Shown piece after piece: positions 42,305 to 51,993 of a stretch of 64,000 nt of DNA (the first letter of the stretch is position 1; every line of letters begins with the position of its first letter). This stretch comes from a bacterium (GTDB lineage: Bacteria > UBA8248). The notes beneath the pieces were generated by a model. That model was not told where the DNA came from. It searched no databases and worked only from the letters and a program-made list of their open reading frames with translations. The position numbers were made by a program, and so were the translations under genes. The stretch lies in contig CBDBEV010000001.1 of NCBI GenBank assembly GCA_965204535.1, positions 32,001 through 96,000 on the forward strand, written 5' to 3'.

Positions 42305-42757
42305 CTACCCTGCCGCGCGCATATCGGCGAGATCGCTTTCTATCTGCTCCAAATCGAGCACCATTTCCATCATGAGCAGCTTATCGGCATAAACGTCTTC
42401 GGGAACATGGGATCGCACAGTTTCTTCCAGGATGTGAAAAACGGAGAGTCCCAACGGGACTCCCGCCAGGGGCCCGGCCCAGCTCGGGTCCCCGGTGGTC
42501 AGCGTTTCGACGGCGAGCCGAAGGCCTTCACCGGGCATTCCCAACACCACCATCAGATTATCCGAGCCGATATCATCCGCTATCGACTTGATGGCGGCCT
42601 GGTTCTCCAGGTCCATGGCGCCCGCGGAGGTTCAGACGAAACATTCCGTCTTCTGGAATACGACCTCCGCCCCCGCCGCCTCGAGGCACTCGGCGATCAG
42701 CGGGCCGGGAACGCCGTCGCGCTCGCCCAGCGCGATCACCTTCTTGCCCTTGAACAT
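42305..42757 (-). CDS. grdA: Glycine/sarcosine/betaine reductase selenoprotein A (Sec UGA at 42632-42634)
   Basis: [24 protein letters not shown]...[17 protein letters not shown]...[12 protein letters not shown]; GGAGG RBS. Confidence 0.95.
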
Positions 42758-42792
42758 GGATTTCCTCCACTTTCTTACAAAAAACGAATGAA

Positions 42793-44211
42793 TCACGCTT
42801 CTATCAGCACCGAAGCCCCGTCGGCCTGACGGGACATCCGGCCCAGAAACAAGCTTCCTTTGGCGAGGACCATTGTACTCGCAAGGCGGCCCGCCCGCAT
42901 CCTCTCGAGAGCGTGTCCGAGAAAGGGAACCCCAGCGGGAATGTGGCCCTGCGTGGGCGCGAAACCGGGCATCCCGTGTGTTTCGATGAAGTCCGGTATC
43001 TCCTCGCAGGCGATCTCCCCGCTCATGACCGCCATGGCGGCCAGCATCCTGTAGTTCGCAGCCGCCACGTCTCCCGCCCCTGCCGGCAGCATGATTTCGG
43101 GATTATGCAGTTCGACGGCGTACTTATCGACGCTCGCAATCTTGCGCCCGGCCCGCGCCAGCGGGTCCCGCACCAGCGCTTCGGCCAATCCTTGCGGGGT
43201 GGAGGGCCTGCCCGCCGCGTGGCGTCCGGCGATTTCCAGATTGATTCGGGGGCTATCCTCCGAATTGTTGGTGAGAAGAAACGCTACTCCGCCCAACACG
43301 TCTTCCAGGACGGGCACCCCCTTTTCCAGATGGAAATACGCTTTCATCCCGAGCTTCGCCATCGATCCGCCTCCGACGACGACGGCGTTCTCGACGACGC
43401 GCGCTTCTATCAGCGCCGCCGCGTGTATGAGCGCATAGACCGGCGCCGCGCAGAAGGACTTCACGTCGACGCCGGCGGCATTCACACAGCCCGCCATCTC
43501 GGCAATCGTCTTTGCGAGATTGCCGCCGCCGCGGTTGTAGCGATCCCCGACCGCCTCTTCCGAACAACTGATGACGTATTCTACCTGCTCGGGAGCGATG
43601 CTCTCCTGTACGAGAAGCCGGCTGAGCGCGTACGCGCCGCTGGCCTTGGCCGAGAGGTTTTCGAGAAGAATGCGGGCGTCCAGGGACTCGTCCGAATCAT
43701 GATCGCGGCGCGCGCACCCGATGAGTTCTCCATCCTGAAAAAGCGGCAGGGCCTCTCCTCCCTCGATGCGCCCTGAAACCTCTGCTTGCCTGTATTCCCT
43801 GGGAGGTTTTTCTCTTTCGAGAAGGGCGGCAGCGGATTCCGAACCTGCGGCGTCTGAAACCAAGCGCTCCTTATCGAGCATGACCAACCCGAACTGATCC
43901 GCAGCTTCGAGTAAGGAATAGATAACATCCTGCGGGAGGATTTCCCCGAATGCTCCCTCAGGCGAAGCGCCTGCGAGGGGATTCTCATACCACGGAGCCG
44001 GGATTTCCCCTAAATTCTCCGGCGGCAGGTTGCCGATGAAAGCCTGGTTCGGCGGGTAGCCGACTGCTTCGTCAAAAGTGCGCAGGCTGGCGAATACGTC
44101 GCCCAGAGCCTGATCGTTCTCTAAAGCCTCGCGCCAGGGCTTCGAGCCGTAGCGAACCAGATCGGGAGCGTGAACGAGAACGTTCGCCGCCGCGCGCAGA
44201 TACGCCGTCAT
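42793..44211 (-). CDS. grdC: Reductase component C beta subunit
   Basis: [50 protein letters not shown] and [10 protein letters not shown]. Confidence 0.93.
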   Translation of the reverse strand: MTAYLRAAANVLVHAPDLVRYGSKPWREALENDQALGDVFASLRTFDEAVGYPPNQAFIGNLPPENLGEIPAPWYENPLAGASPEGAFGEILPQDVIYSLLEAADQFGLVMLDKERLVSDAAGSESAAALLEREKPPREYRQAEVSGRIEGGEALPLFQDGELIGCARRDHDSDESLDARILLENLSAKASGAYALSRLLVQESIAPEQVEYVISCSEEAVGDRYNRGGGNLAKTIAEMAGCVNAAGVDVKSFCAAPVYALIHAAALIEARVVENAVVVGGGSMAKLGMKAYFHLEKGVPVLEDVLGGVAFLLTNNSEDSPRINLEIAGRHAAGRPSTPQGLAEALVRDPLARAGRKIASVDKYAVELHNPEIMLPAGAGDVAAANYRMLAAMAVMSGEIACEEIPDFIETHGMPGFAPTQGHIPAGVPFLGHALERMRAGRLASTMVLAKGSLFLGRMSRQADGASVLIEA

Positions 44212-44265
44212 ACCGTCCGCCCGAAAAGGAGGAAGGGAAGTTTACGGGCGGTCGCCGTCACCGCC

Positions 44266-45051
44266 CTATCCCGCGGTGTAGCCGCCGTCGGCATAGAGAA
44301 TGTGGCCGGTGTAGAAATCGGACGCGCTCGATGCGAGGAACAGGAGCGGCCCGGCCAGATCCTCAGGTTCGCCCAGCCGCCCTTTCGGGACCCGGCTCAC
44401 GATGTTCTCGCGGGTCTTCACCGCCTTGGGCGCGTCGGTGAACATCCAGTCCGTGAGTACCGAGCGGAAAACGGTCGGCCCGACCGCGTTGACGGTGATC
44501 CCCGTCGGCCCCAGTTCGCAGGCGAGCGCCTTCGTGATGCCGTCGACCGCCGCCTTCGAGGCGCAATAGGCGGTATAGCCCGCCGGGTGGCCGAGAATCC
44601 CGCGCGTGGAGGAGACGAGGACGATCTTGCCGCCGTCTCCCTGCGCCTTCATCCGCCGCGTCGCGGCGCGGGCCAGAAGCCAGGACTGCGTGACGTTCGC
44701 GTCCATGACGTCGGCGAACGCATCGGGCGCCATCTCCTCGATCATCCCTACCCTGTTGATGCCCGACGCGACGACCAAGATGTCCAGGCGGCCATAGGCC
44801 TCGACGGCCTTCTCCACCATGGCGTCGGCGATGGCCTCGGTTTCGGGGCGCGCGTTCACCGTGGCGACAGCGGCTCCGAAGTCCCGGCACTCGCCCGCGA
44901 CGGCCTCGAGCGCCTCCGCGTTGCCGGCGGTCAGCGTGAGGCGGCAGCCGGCCCCGGCCAGGGTTCTTGCTGCGACCGCCCCGAACGCGCCCGAAGCACC
45001 CGTGATGAGCGCGGATTTTCCGCTTACGTCAAAAAGTTCCGAGGGTTTCAT
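44266..45051 (-). CDS. Short-chain dehydrogenase (gluconate 5-dehydrogenase-like)
   Basis: TGASGAFG, YCASK and DGGYTA motifs. Confidence 0.9.
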   Translation of the reverse strand: MKPSELFDVSGKSALITGASGAFGAVAARTLAGAGCRLTLTAGNAEALEAVAGECRDFGAAVATVNARPETEAIADAMVEKAVEAYGRLDILVVASGINRVGMIEEMAPDAFADVMDANVTQSWLLARAATRRMKAQGDGGKIVLVSSTRGILGHPAGYTAYCASKAAVDGITKALACELGPTGITVNAVGPTVFRSVLTDWMFTDAPKAVKTRENIVSRVPKGRLGEPEDLAGPLLFLASSASDFYTGHILYADGGYTAG

Positions 45052-45205
45052 GGCTTATCGTCCGGATGGGGGACCGCAACCGCCGTCCCGCAGGCGTGAG
45101 AGAAGATTCCGTATGCCCCATGCTAGGTATCGAGGGGGTGTAGTGTCAAGAATAGGGGGCTTATCCATTCCATGAGTCAGACACGACCTATTCGGAGCAA
45201 GCCGC

Positions 45206-45669
45206 CGTCATTCCGGCGCAGGCCGGAATCCAGATCGGACGAAATTGAACGAAAGGCGTGAATGTGGAGATCCCGCAAGGGTGTCAGGGTTTCCTATACC
45301 CCGAATTCTCTCATCGGTACTGGATTCCGGCATTCGCCGGAATGACGAGCAAGAGCACACCTATCATACGGGAAAATCCCGACCGTAGCCCCGTGCCTGT
45401 CCTGACGAGGGCGGGCACAGGGGCCCGCCCCTACGTCATTTCGGTTTGTGGAGGTTTTGGGCAGGGACAGGTCGCGACCTGTCCCTACGGGTGGCTTATC
45501 AATTCTTCCAAGTGAGAAACGCAATTGGAGGGGCGGTTCGCGAACTGTGGGGCAACTCCGAGGAGGGGTTTGCCCCTACGAGCGAGCGGCTACGCCGGAC
45601 TCGCTTTCCGCCCGCCCCTACGGCAATGTGGTGAATTCACCCCCATCCGGCGCAGGCGCCGGAATGACC
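45206..45669. repeat. Mixed repeat cluster: CGTCATTCC...GGAAT inverted pair plus GTAG REPs
   Basis: GTCATTCCGGCGCAGGCCGGAATCCAG ... CTGGATTCCGGCATTCGCCGGAATGAC, GGGACAGGTCGCGACCTGTCCCTAC and several CCCCTAC ends. Confidence 0.85.
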
Positions 45670-45707
45670 CGATTCCGTGGCGAACGCTATTGCCCGCAGA
45701 ACCCCCG

Positions 45708-47009
45708 TCAGACGACCTCGACCCAGGTCTTCATGCCCGACGCCTGGTGGGCCAGGGTATGGCAGTGGATAAGCCACTTGCCGGGGTTGTCGAACACGCA
45801 GAGGACGTCCCGCCGCCGGCGCGGGTCGACCAGCGTAGTGTCGCGGTAATGGCCGGGCGCGCCGTTCTTGTCGAGTTCATAAAAGTGGTGGCCGTGGATG
45901 TGGATGCCGTGCGGGAAGGCGGTGTCGTTTTTCATCGTGATCAGCGCCGTTTCGCCTCGCTCGAAGCGCTGCCAGGGCACATAGGGCAAGCCGGAATAGT
46001 CGTTGAAGGCCCAGAAATCCTTGCCCCCGTGCCGCCCGCCCATCGCGCCGCCCTGCATGGCGAGCGTCAGCCGCTTCGCCTTTTTCCGATCGGGCGCTGA
46101 AACGGTATTCGGCGGCAAGGCCGCGATAGGAGTGTCGATGGGCGCCGGGTTCGCGCCTTCCGCCGCTATTTTGCCGAGTTCATAAGGTTCGCGCCGGGTC
46201 AGGAGGGAAAAGGTGACGGACCCCGCCACGTCGAGGATGACGTCGGTCCGCTGAGCGGGGGCGAGAACGAGTTCGCCGAGCGGCTCGGGCGCCGCCAGAG
46301 GCATGCCGTCATGCGCCACGACCTTGCCCGCGCCGCCTGAGATCCGCACCGGGAAAATCCGGGCCGTCGCCGTGTTGATCAGCCGCAGGCGAACCCGGTC
46401 GCCGCGTCTTACCACTTCGCGTGAGGCCAGCGCGCGGGCGAAGTTGCCGAGCCGCCCGTCATGGGAGAAGTCGTGCCGGTTGCCGAAGTTTGCGTGCAAC
46501 TCGCCGCTGCGCGTGAGGCGCCAGTCGTCGAGAACCACCGTGATGTCGTGGTCGACGCGCGGGGGGTCGCGCTCCTCGATTATCAGGGGGCCGTAGAGTC
46601 CCTTCGCCACCTGCTCCCAGGAGCGCTCGTGTGAGTGGTACCAGTAGGTGCCGGGGTGGGATGCGTCGAAAACGTAGTCAAACGCGCCGCCCGGCTTGAC
46701 CGCCGCCTGTGTGAGGCCCGGCACCCCGTCCATCGCGTTGTCGATATGGATGCCGTGCCAGTGGATGGCGGAAGCGCTGTCGATCCCGTTCTCGAAGGCG
46801 ACGGCTACCCGGCCGCCCTGACGGGCGCGGATTTCGGGACCCGGCGTCGACCCGTTGAACCCGAGCATCCGCGTCACCCCTTGCCCATCCGGCAGGAGAC
46901 GGGCGGTGACCGGCTCGGCCCTGAGACGGAAACCTGCGGGCGCCGTCCATACGCTCGTGGGGGCCAGCGCCGTCGCCGCCAACGCTACAAGAAATTCCCT
47001 GCGTTTCAT
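45708..47009 (-). CDS. Tat-exported multicopper oxidase
   Basis: MKRREFL twin-arginine leader; HWHG, WYHSH, HGIHIHGH and HCHTLAH....M copper motifs. Confidence 0.95.
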   Translation of the reverse strand: MKRREFLVALAATALAPTSVWTAPAGFRLRAEPVTARLLPDGQGVTRMLGFNGSTPGPEIRARQGGRVAVAFENGIDSASAIHWHGIHIDNAMDGVPGLTQAAVKPGGAFDYVFDASHPGTYWYHSHERSWEQVAKGLYGPLIIEERDPPRVDHDITVVLDDWRLTRSGELHANFGNRHDFSHDGRLGNFARALASREVVRRGDRVRLRLINTATARIFPVRISGGAGKVVAHDGMPLAAPEPLGELVLAPAQRTDVILDVAGSVTFSLLTRREPYELGKIAAEGANPAPIDTPIAALPPNTVSAPDRKKAKRLTLAMQGGAMGGRHGGKDFWAFNDYSGLPYVPWQRFERGETALITMKNDTAFPHGIHIHGHHFYELDKNGAPGHYRDTTLVDPRRRRDVLCVFDNPGKWLIHCHTLAHQASGMKTWVEVV

Positions 47010-47199
47010 GTTCGATCTCCTTGGTACGAGTTTCCAGCGGCGAGACGATAATATCCCCCACGCCGCGCGGCGGCAAGATTGTGAATCCCGTCCGGAGAAT
47101 GAGGCTTTGTTTCGGCCCATGCGGCAAACGTCACCGCCTCTCCAGCGCACGCCGGAACGACGGGCAAGAACAAACCTGGTTACAGAGGAAATCAAGATT

Positions 47200-47228
47200 G
47201 TAGGGACAGGTCGCGACCTGTCCCTGCG
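47200..47228. repeat. REP hairpin
   Basis: GTAGGGACAGGTCGCGACCTGTCCCTGC, an inverted copy of 45461-45488. Confidence 0.85.
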
Positions 47229-47261
47229 GGTAACCGATTACGCGGGCCTCGCTTCCTCCAC

Positions 47262-48638
47262 CTACCCCGCCAGCATGGCGGTGAGACGGGTAAGGTCCTC
47301 CGCCTCGTCGAGCCGCCACCAGGCGTCCCAGGCGGCTTCGGCCTTTCCTTCGGGAAGGTCGGCGGCGCATTCGAGGAATTTTTCCTTGAGTTCGAACTCG
47401 CTCAGGGGATTTTCGACGTGGCCGCGCGCGCGGGCGAAAAAGCGAGAAAGTTCGCGGCCGTCGTTGAGCTTTATCCAGACTTCGGCCGCCTCGGTCTCGG
47501 GGTCCTCGCGCGCCATCTTCTCATCGAGCTCGAAGGCCACGCGCTTCTGCAGGGCGGCGATTTCGGGCCGCGCGACGCTGTCTTCCTCGAACTGGCGGAT
47601 GCCCACCTTGCGGTCCACCAGGGCGGAGGCCAGACAGAACGGCATGGAGAATTTTCCCTCGAGACCCGTGGTCGCCTCCTTGTAGCGCAAGACTTTCAGC
47701 GTCATGGTCGAGGCGCGCGCGCCCAGGGCCGCCACGTCGGCGACCGCGATGTCCTCGGTAGTCACCAGGTCGAGCATGGCGTCGATTCCCGGATGCGTCA
47801 TGGCGCAGCAGGGGTGAATCTTCACGCAGACGCCCTCTTCGATGTCCCAGGGCTGCCCCCAGGGGGCGACCGCGCCCTCCCAGTCCGCGAACTCATGCGC
47901 CTTGGGCCCGATTTCCTCCGCCGCCATGGCCGCCGTGAAGCCCGTCTCCAGCGTATCCTCCGTCGCCGTGAAGCCGTCCTCGGCGAGTTTCGCCGCCACG
48001 AGACCCGCCCGCGCGGACTGGCCCGCGTGGAAGGGCTTGGTCATCGTGCCGAAGTTCGACACCAGCCCCGCCGAGCCGCTCGCCCCCAAGCTCAGGGCGT
48101 TCCACGTCTGCTCCTCGTCCAGACCCAAAATATAGGCGCAGGCGCCCGCCACGCCGACGGATCCCAGCGTGGCCGTGGCGTGAAAGCCCCGGCGGTAATG
48201 GCGGGGGTTCACCGCGCGGCCCAGGACGTGCAAAAGTTCGAAACCGACCGTGTAGGCTTCGAGAACCCGCGCGCCGCCGATTTCCCGCTCTTCGGCCAGC
48301 GCGATGAGGGCGGGCACCAGGGTGACGCTCGGGTGGCCCAGCATCACGAAATCCACGTCGTCGTAATCGAGCGCATGGCCCGCCGTGCCGTTCACAAAGG
48401 CGGCCCAGGAGGCGCTCGTGCGCCCCGTCGTGCCGATAAGCCGCGCGAGGGGCGCGCCGCCCTCGGCGACCGCCAGCCGATGCGCCAGCCGCGCGCAATC
48501 ATCGTCCCGGCCCGCCAGAATCACGCCCAGCGTGTCGAGGACGGCGTTCCGCGCCCCCGCGCGGGCCGCAGCGCCGACGTCGGGGGGAAGGACCGCGGCG
48601 ATTCTTTTCGCCAGCTCTCTTGTGGCCGGGTATGTCAT
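47262..48638 (-). CDS. MmgE/PrpD family protein
   Basis: NGTAGHALDYDD, GHPS, GFHAT, NFGTMTKPFHAG, K.HPCC and KFS motifs. Confidence 0.93.
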   Translation of the reverse strand: MTYPATRELAKRIAAVLPPDVGAAARAGARNAVLDTLGVILAGRDDDCARLAHRLAVAEGGAPLARLIGTTGRTSASWAAFVNGTAGHALDYDDVDFVMLGHPSVTLVPALIALAEEREIGGARVLEAYTVGFELLHVLGRAVNPRHYRRGFHATATLGSVGVAGACAYILGLDEEQTWNALSLGASGSAGLVSNFGTMTKPFHAGQSARAGLVAAKLAEDGFTATEDTLETGFTAAMAAEEIGPKAHEFADWEGAVAPWGQPWDIEEGVCVKIHPCCAMTHPGIDAMLDLVTTEDIAVADVAALGARASTMTLKVLRYKEATTGLEGKFSMPFCLASALVDRKVGIRQFEEDSVARPEIAALQKRVAFELDEKMAREDPETEAAEVWIKLNDGRELSRFFARARGHVENPLSEFELKEKFLECAADLPEGKAEAAWDAWWRLDEAEDLTRLTAMLAG

Positions 48639-48724
48639 GGAGGAATCTCCTTGCATGGGGATGAATCAGGAGAGCAACAAATATGCGGGGCGGCCCCCCG
48701 GAGAGGGCCGCCCCCGATTTTACG

Positions 48725-50359
48725 TCAAATGCCGCGCGGACGCTCGGCGGGCGCTTTCGCCTTGCGCCCCTTGCCCTTGGATTTGCGCATATCTTCGGTG
48801 AGCTTGAACTTGTTCACCGCGTTCACGAAGGCCTTCGCACCCGCCTCGACCGTATCGGGGCTCGTGGCGTGGCCCGCTATCTGCAGATCGCCGTCGAACT
48901 CCACCATCATGTTCACCTCGGCGAGGGCGTCGCGCCCCCGGGTGACGGCGTTCACCGAAAAATCCGCCAGGCGGCATTCGATGCCCACCACCCGGCAGAT
49001 GGCGTTGATGGCCGCGTCCACGGGGCCGTTGCCCTGGCTCACGTCGGAGAACTCCGCCTCGCCCTGGCGGATCCGCACCGTGGCCGTGGAGGCCGGCTGC
49101 GTGCCCGTGGAGGACGTGACCTGAAGGAACTCGAGGTTGTAGTAGTTCTCCCCGCCCTCGGCGCGGTTTTGCTGCAAGAGCGCTATCAAGTCCTCGTCGT
49201 AGACCTCTTTTTTCTTGTCGGCCAGGTCGATGAAGCGCGGGTAGATGGCCGTGATGTCCTCGCGCGACATCTTGAAGCCGAGCTGCTCGTAGCGCTTCCT
49301 CAAGCCCGCGCGCCCCGAGTGCTTGCCGAGCACGAGCGTGTTCGAGGGCCTGCCCACGGACTTGGGCGTCATGATCTCATACGTGATGGCCTTCGAAATC
49401 ACCCCGTGCTGGTGGATGCCCGCCTCGTGCGCGAAGGCGTTCTTGCCCACCACCGCCTTGTTGGGCTGTACGGGCACGCCCGTCATGGAGGTGAGGAGCC
49501 TGCTCGTGGGGTAGATCTCGCGCGTCTTGATTCCCGATTTGTAGTTGAGCTCGTCGCGCCGCGTGGCGATGGCCATCACGAGCTCCTCGAGCGAGGCGTT
49601 GCCCGCCCGCTCGCCGATGCCGTTGATGGTGCACTCCACCTGCCGCACGCCCGATTCGACCGCCACGATGCTGTTCGCCACCGCGAGGCCCAGGTCGTCG
49701 TGGCAGTGCGCGCTGAAGACCACCTCGTCATAGCTCGGCACCTTTTCGAAGATGTGCTCCCAGAAGCGCTTGAACTCGCTGGGGATGATGTATCCCACCG
49801 TGTCGGGGAGGTTGATGGTCGTCGCTCCCTCCCCGATGGCGATCTTCACCGTCTCGGCCAGGAAATCCCAGTCCGAGCGCGTCGCGTCCTCCGCACTCCA
49901 CTCCACGTCCTTGCAGAGTTTTCGCGCGTGGCGCACCGAGGCGGCGATCTCCTTCAGGAGTTCCGCGCGCGTCATCTTGAGCTTGTGCTTCAAGTGAATG
50001 TCCGACGTGGCGATGAAGGTGTGGATTCTGGGCTTTTTCGCGTGGCGCACCGCCTCCCAGCAGCGGTCGATGTCCTCGCGCGCCGAGCGCGAAAGACCGG
50101 CGACGCTTGTCTTCGTCACCGCCTTGGCCACGTCGCGCACCGATTCGAACTCGTCGTTCGACGCGATGGGAAAACCGGCTTCGATGATGTCCACGCCCAG
50201 TTTTTCGAGCTGAAGCGCCATCTGCACCTTCTGGAAATGATCCATGCTGCAGCCGGGCGACTGCTCTCCGTCCCTGAGCGTGGTGTCGAAAATGCGTATT
50301 CTGTTCGAGGCCCTGCCCCTGGATGGTTTCTTTGGTACTGCCGTGGCTCCTCTCGCCAT
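48725..50359 (-). CDS. leuA: 2-isopropylmalate synthase
   Basis: IFDTTLRDGEQ, EAGFP, PDTVG, HCHDDLGLA.AN, GERAGN, HEAGIHQ and G.GPVDA regulatory domain. ATG 50359 has the better SD spacing; the ORF also starts at 50368. Confidence 0.97.
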   Translation of the reverse strand: MARGATAVPKKPSRGRASNRIRIFDTTLRDGEQSPGCSMDHFQKVQMALQLEKLGVDIIEAGFPIASNDEFESVRDVAKAVTKTSVAGLSRSAREDIDRCWEAVRHAKKPRIHTFIATSDIHLKHKLKMTRAELLKEIAASVRHARKLCKDVEWSAEDATRSDWDFLAETVKIAIGEGATTINLPDTVGYIIPSEFKRFWEHIFEKVPSYDEVVFSAHCHDDLGLAVANSIVAVESGVRQVECTINGIGERAGNASLEELVMAIATRRDELNYKSGIKTREIYPTSRLLTSMTGVPVQPNKAVVGKNAFAHEAGIHQHGVISKAITYEIMTPKSVGRPSNTLVLGKHSGRAGLRKRYEQLGFKMSREDITAIYPRFIDLADKKKEVYDEDLIALLQQNRAEGGENYYNLEFLQVTSSTGTQPASTATVRIRQGEAEFSDVSQGNGPVDAAINAICRVVGIECRLADFSVNAVTRGRDALAEVNMMVEFDGDLQIAGHATSPDTVEAGAKAFVNAVNKFKLTEDMRKSKGKGRKAKAPAERPRGI

Positions 50360-50370
50360 GGGTTCCATGC

Positions 50371-50526
50371 TCCTTAGGAATTTCTACGTTTTCGTGAAAG
50401 TGCGCCTTGGCGGAACGCCGGGTTTTCGTGTGTGATGGGGCGCTTGCGCGCAAGACGGGTGAACGCGCTGGGTTCCTAAGAAGCCAGTGGATGGCGGGGC
50501 GTCTTGAACACGCCCCAGGACCTCCT
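50371..50526 (-). promoter_or_regulatory. Candidate leuA leader: uORF plus anti-SD helix
   Basis: AGGAGG-9 nt-GTG uORF at 50511-50476 (MFKTPRHPLAS*); UUCUUAGGAA (50482-50473) can pair with UUCCUAAGGA (50380-50371), covering the leuA SD. Confidence 0.5.
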
Positions 50527-50736
50527 GCGATCCTGATGCTTCATCGAATCAATGCTCCATATCGATCCATCAGACGCGAGGTTGCGTGGCTCAACGGGCG
50601 GAGATCACGCAATTCCCCGCAAAAGCAACACCGATCTTATGGGTCAAGCGCGCGCCGAGGTCAAGTCCCTTCTTTCGTTTTTTTCGATTTTTCGGCTTCG
50701 ACGCCCAGAACGCCAAGGCTGAATCACACATGAATC

Positions 50737-50954
50737 GGGGTTGTTGAACAAGCCCCGTCTGCGGCCCCCGCAAACCGCCAACGCCTCTTTCCTCACCCTG
50801 AGTAGCCGCCGAAGGCGGCGTATCGAAGGGCGCGGGGGGTTGAACGCCTCGCGCCGGGCGAGAGCAAACGCTCATTCATCAATCACGTTTGACCTTCGGT
50901 ACGCGGCTCCGCCGCTACTCAGGATGAGGCGGATAGGACTTTTTCAACAACCCC
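50737..50954. mobile_element. MITE-like element with GGGGTTGTTGAA termini
   Basis: GGGGTTGTTGAACAAG ... CTTTTTCAACAACCCC, with an internal inverted pair CCTCACCCTGAGTAG / CTACTCAGGATGAGG that recurs near 56470-56485. Confidence 0.75.
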
Positions 50955-51739
50955 TATTGCGCGTACTGTCCGCCGTCCACGACGAGGGTCGAGCCCGTCA
51001 TGAAGCTCGAAGCGTCGCTCGCCAGGAAGAGGATCGCCCCCTTGAGTTCTTCCGGCCGGCCGACCCTTCCCATCGGGATGTGGGCCTTGATCATCCTCTC
51101 GCCCGCCTCGGAGTCGAAGAACTTGCTGTTGATGTCCGTGAGGAAATATCCCGGCGCCAGGGCGTTCACGCGCACGCCCGTCTTCGCCCATTCGAGCGCG
51201 AGCGTCTTGGTGAGCTGGATCAGGCCGCCCTTGCTCGCCGAATAGGCGGAGAGCATCTTCACCCCGATGAAGCCCGCGACCGAGGCCACGTTCACGATCG
51301 CGCCGCCGCCGCGCTCTATCATGCCCGGCGCCACGGCCTGGCACATCAGAAACGCGCCCCGCAGGTTCGTCTCCAGCACCTGGTTCCAGCGCTCAATCGG
51401 CAAGTCAGTGGCCCAGCCCTCCCCGCTCACGCCGCTGTTGTTCACCAGAACGTCGATGGCCCCCAGCGCGTCTTCCGCCTCGCGCGCCGCGTCGCGTATG
51501 GAGTCGGGCTCCGTCAGGTCGCAGGCGACGACGCGGGCCGCCCGGCCCAGGGCGCGAATCTCCTCCGCCGCCTCCTCGAGTTTTTCCTTTCGCCTCGCCG
51601 CCAGGGCGACGTCGGCGCCCGCATCGGCCAGCGCGTGGGCCATCGCGCGTCCGAGTCCCGTGCCGCCTCCTGTGACCAAAGCCTTCTTTCCGCTTAAATC
51701 AAATAGTTGTGGCAATTTACTTTCCCCTATTTGTAACAA
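50954..51739 (-). CDS. Short-chain dehydrogenase (FabG/KduD-like)
   Basis: TGGGTGLG, NNSG, YSASK and VDGG motifs; start uncertain. Confidence 0.92.
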   Translation of the reverse strand: MLQIGESKLPQLFDLSGKKALVTGGGTGLGRAMAHALADAGADVALAARRKEKLEEAAEEIRALGRAARVVACDLTEPDSIRDAAREAEDALGAIDVLVNNSGVSGEGWATDLPIERWNQVLETNLRGAFLMCQAVAPGMIERGGGAIVNVASVAGFIGVKMLSAYSASKGGLIQLTKTLALEWAKTGVRVNALAPGYFLTDINSKFFDSEAGERMIKAHIPMGRVGRPEELKGAILFLASDASSFMTGSTLVVDGGQYAQ

Positions 51740-51750
51740 TTCTGTAACAT

Positions 51751-51784
51751 TTGCCCACAGAATCCGTGAATAACTTGTGGATAA
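51751..51784. promoter_or_regulatory. DnaA-box cluster in AT-rich intergenic region
   Basis: TGTGGATAA (51776-51784, perfect), CGTGAATAA (51765-51773) and TTGCCCACA (51751-51759). Confidence 0.6.
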
Positions 51785-51993
51785 GTCTGTTGGGAGGGCC
51801 TCTAAACCCCCTATTTTCCGTCACTTAAAACACATTGACACATTTTTGGGCAAACCTTTTAACACAAATAATTTCAATGACATACACTAAATTTTCGCCT
51901 CGTCGGGCCTTGCGCTTTCGTTTTAAGCATTGTTTTTGCACAAGTTTCATGGACGAAATCCCGTTTTCGCGTCCCACGGCTCCTTTAGAATTA

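Noticed and set aside
50400-50733. Classical Leu-rich transcription attenuator or T-box upstream of leuA
   Set aside because: I found no run of Leu codons, no U-tailed terminator and no T-box motif; only the translational model is retained.
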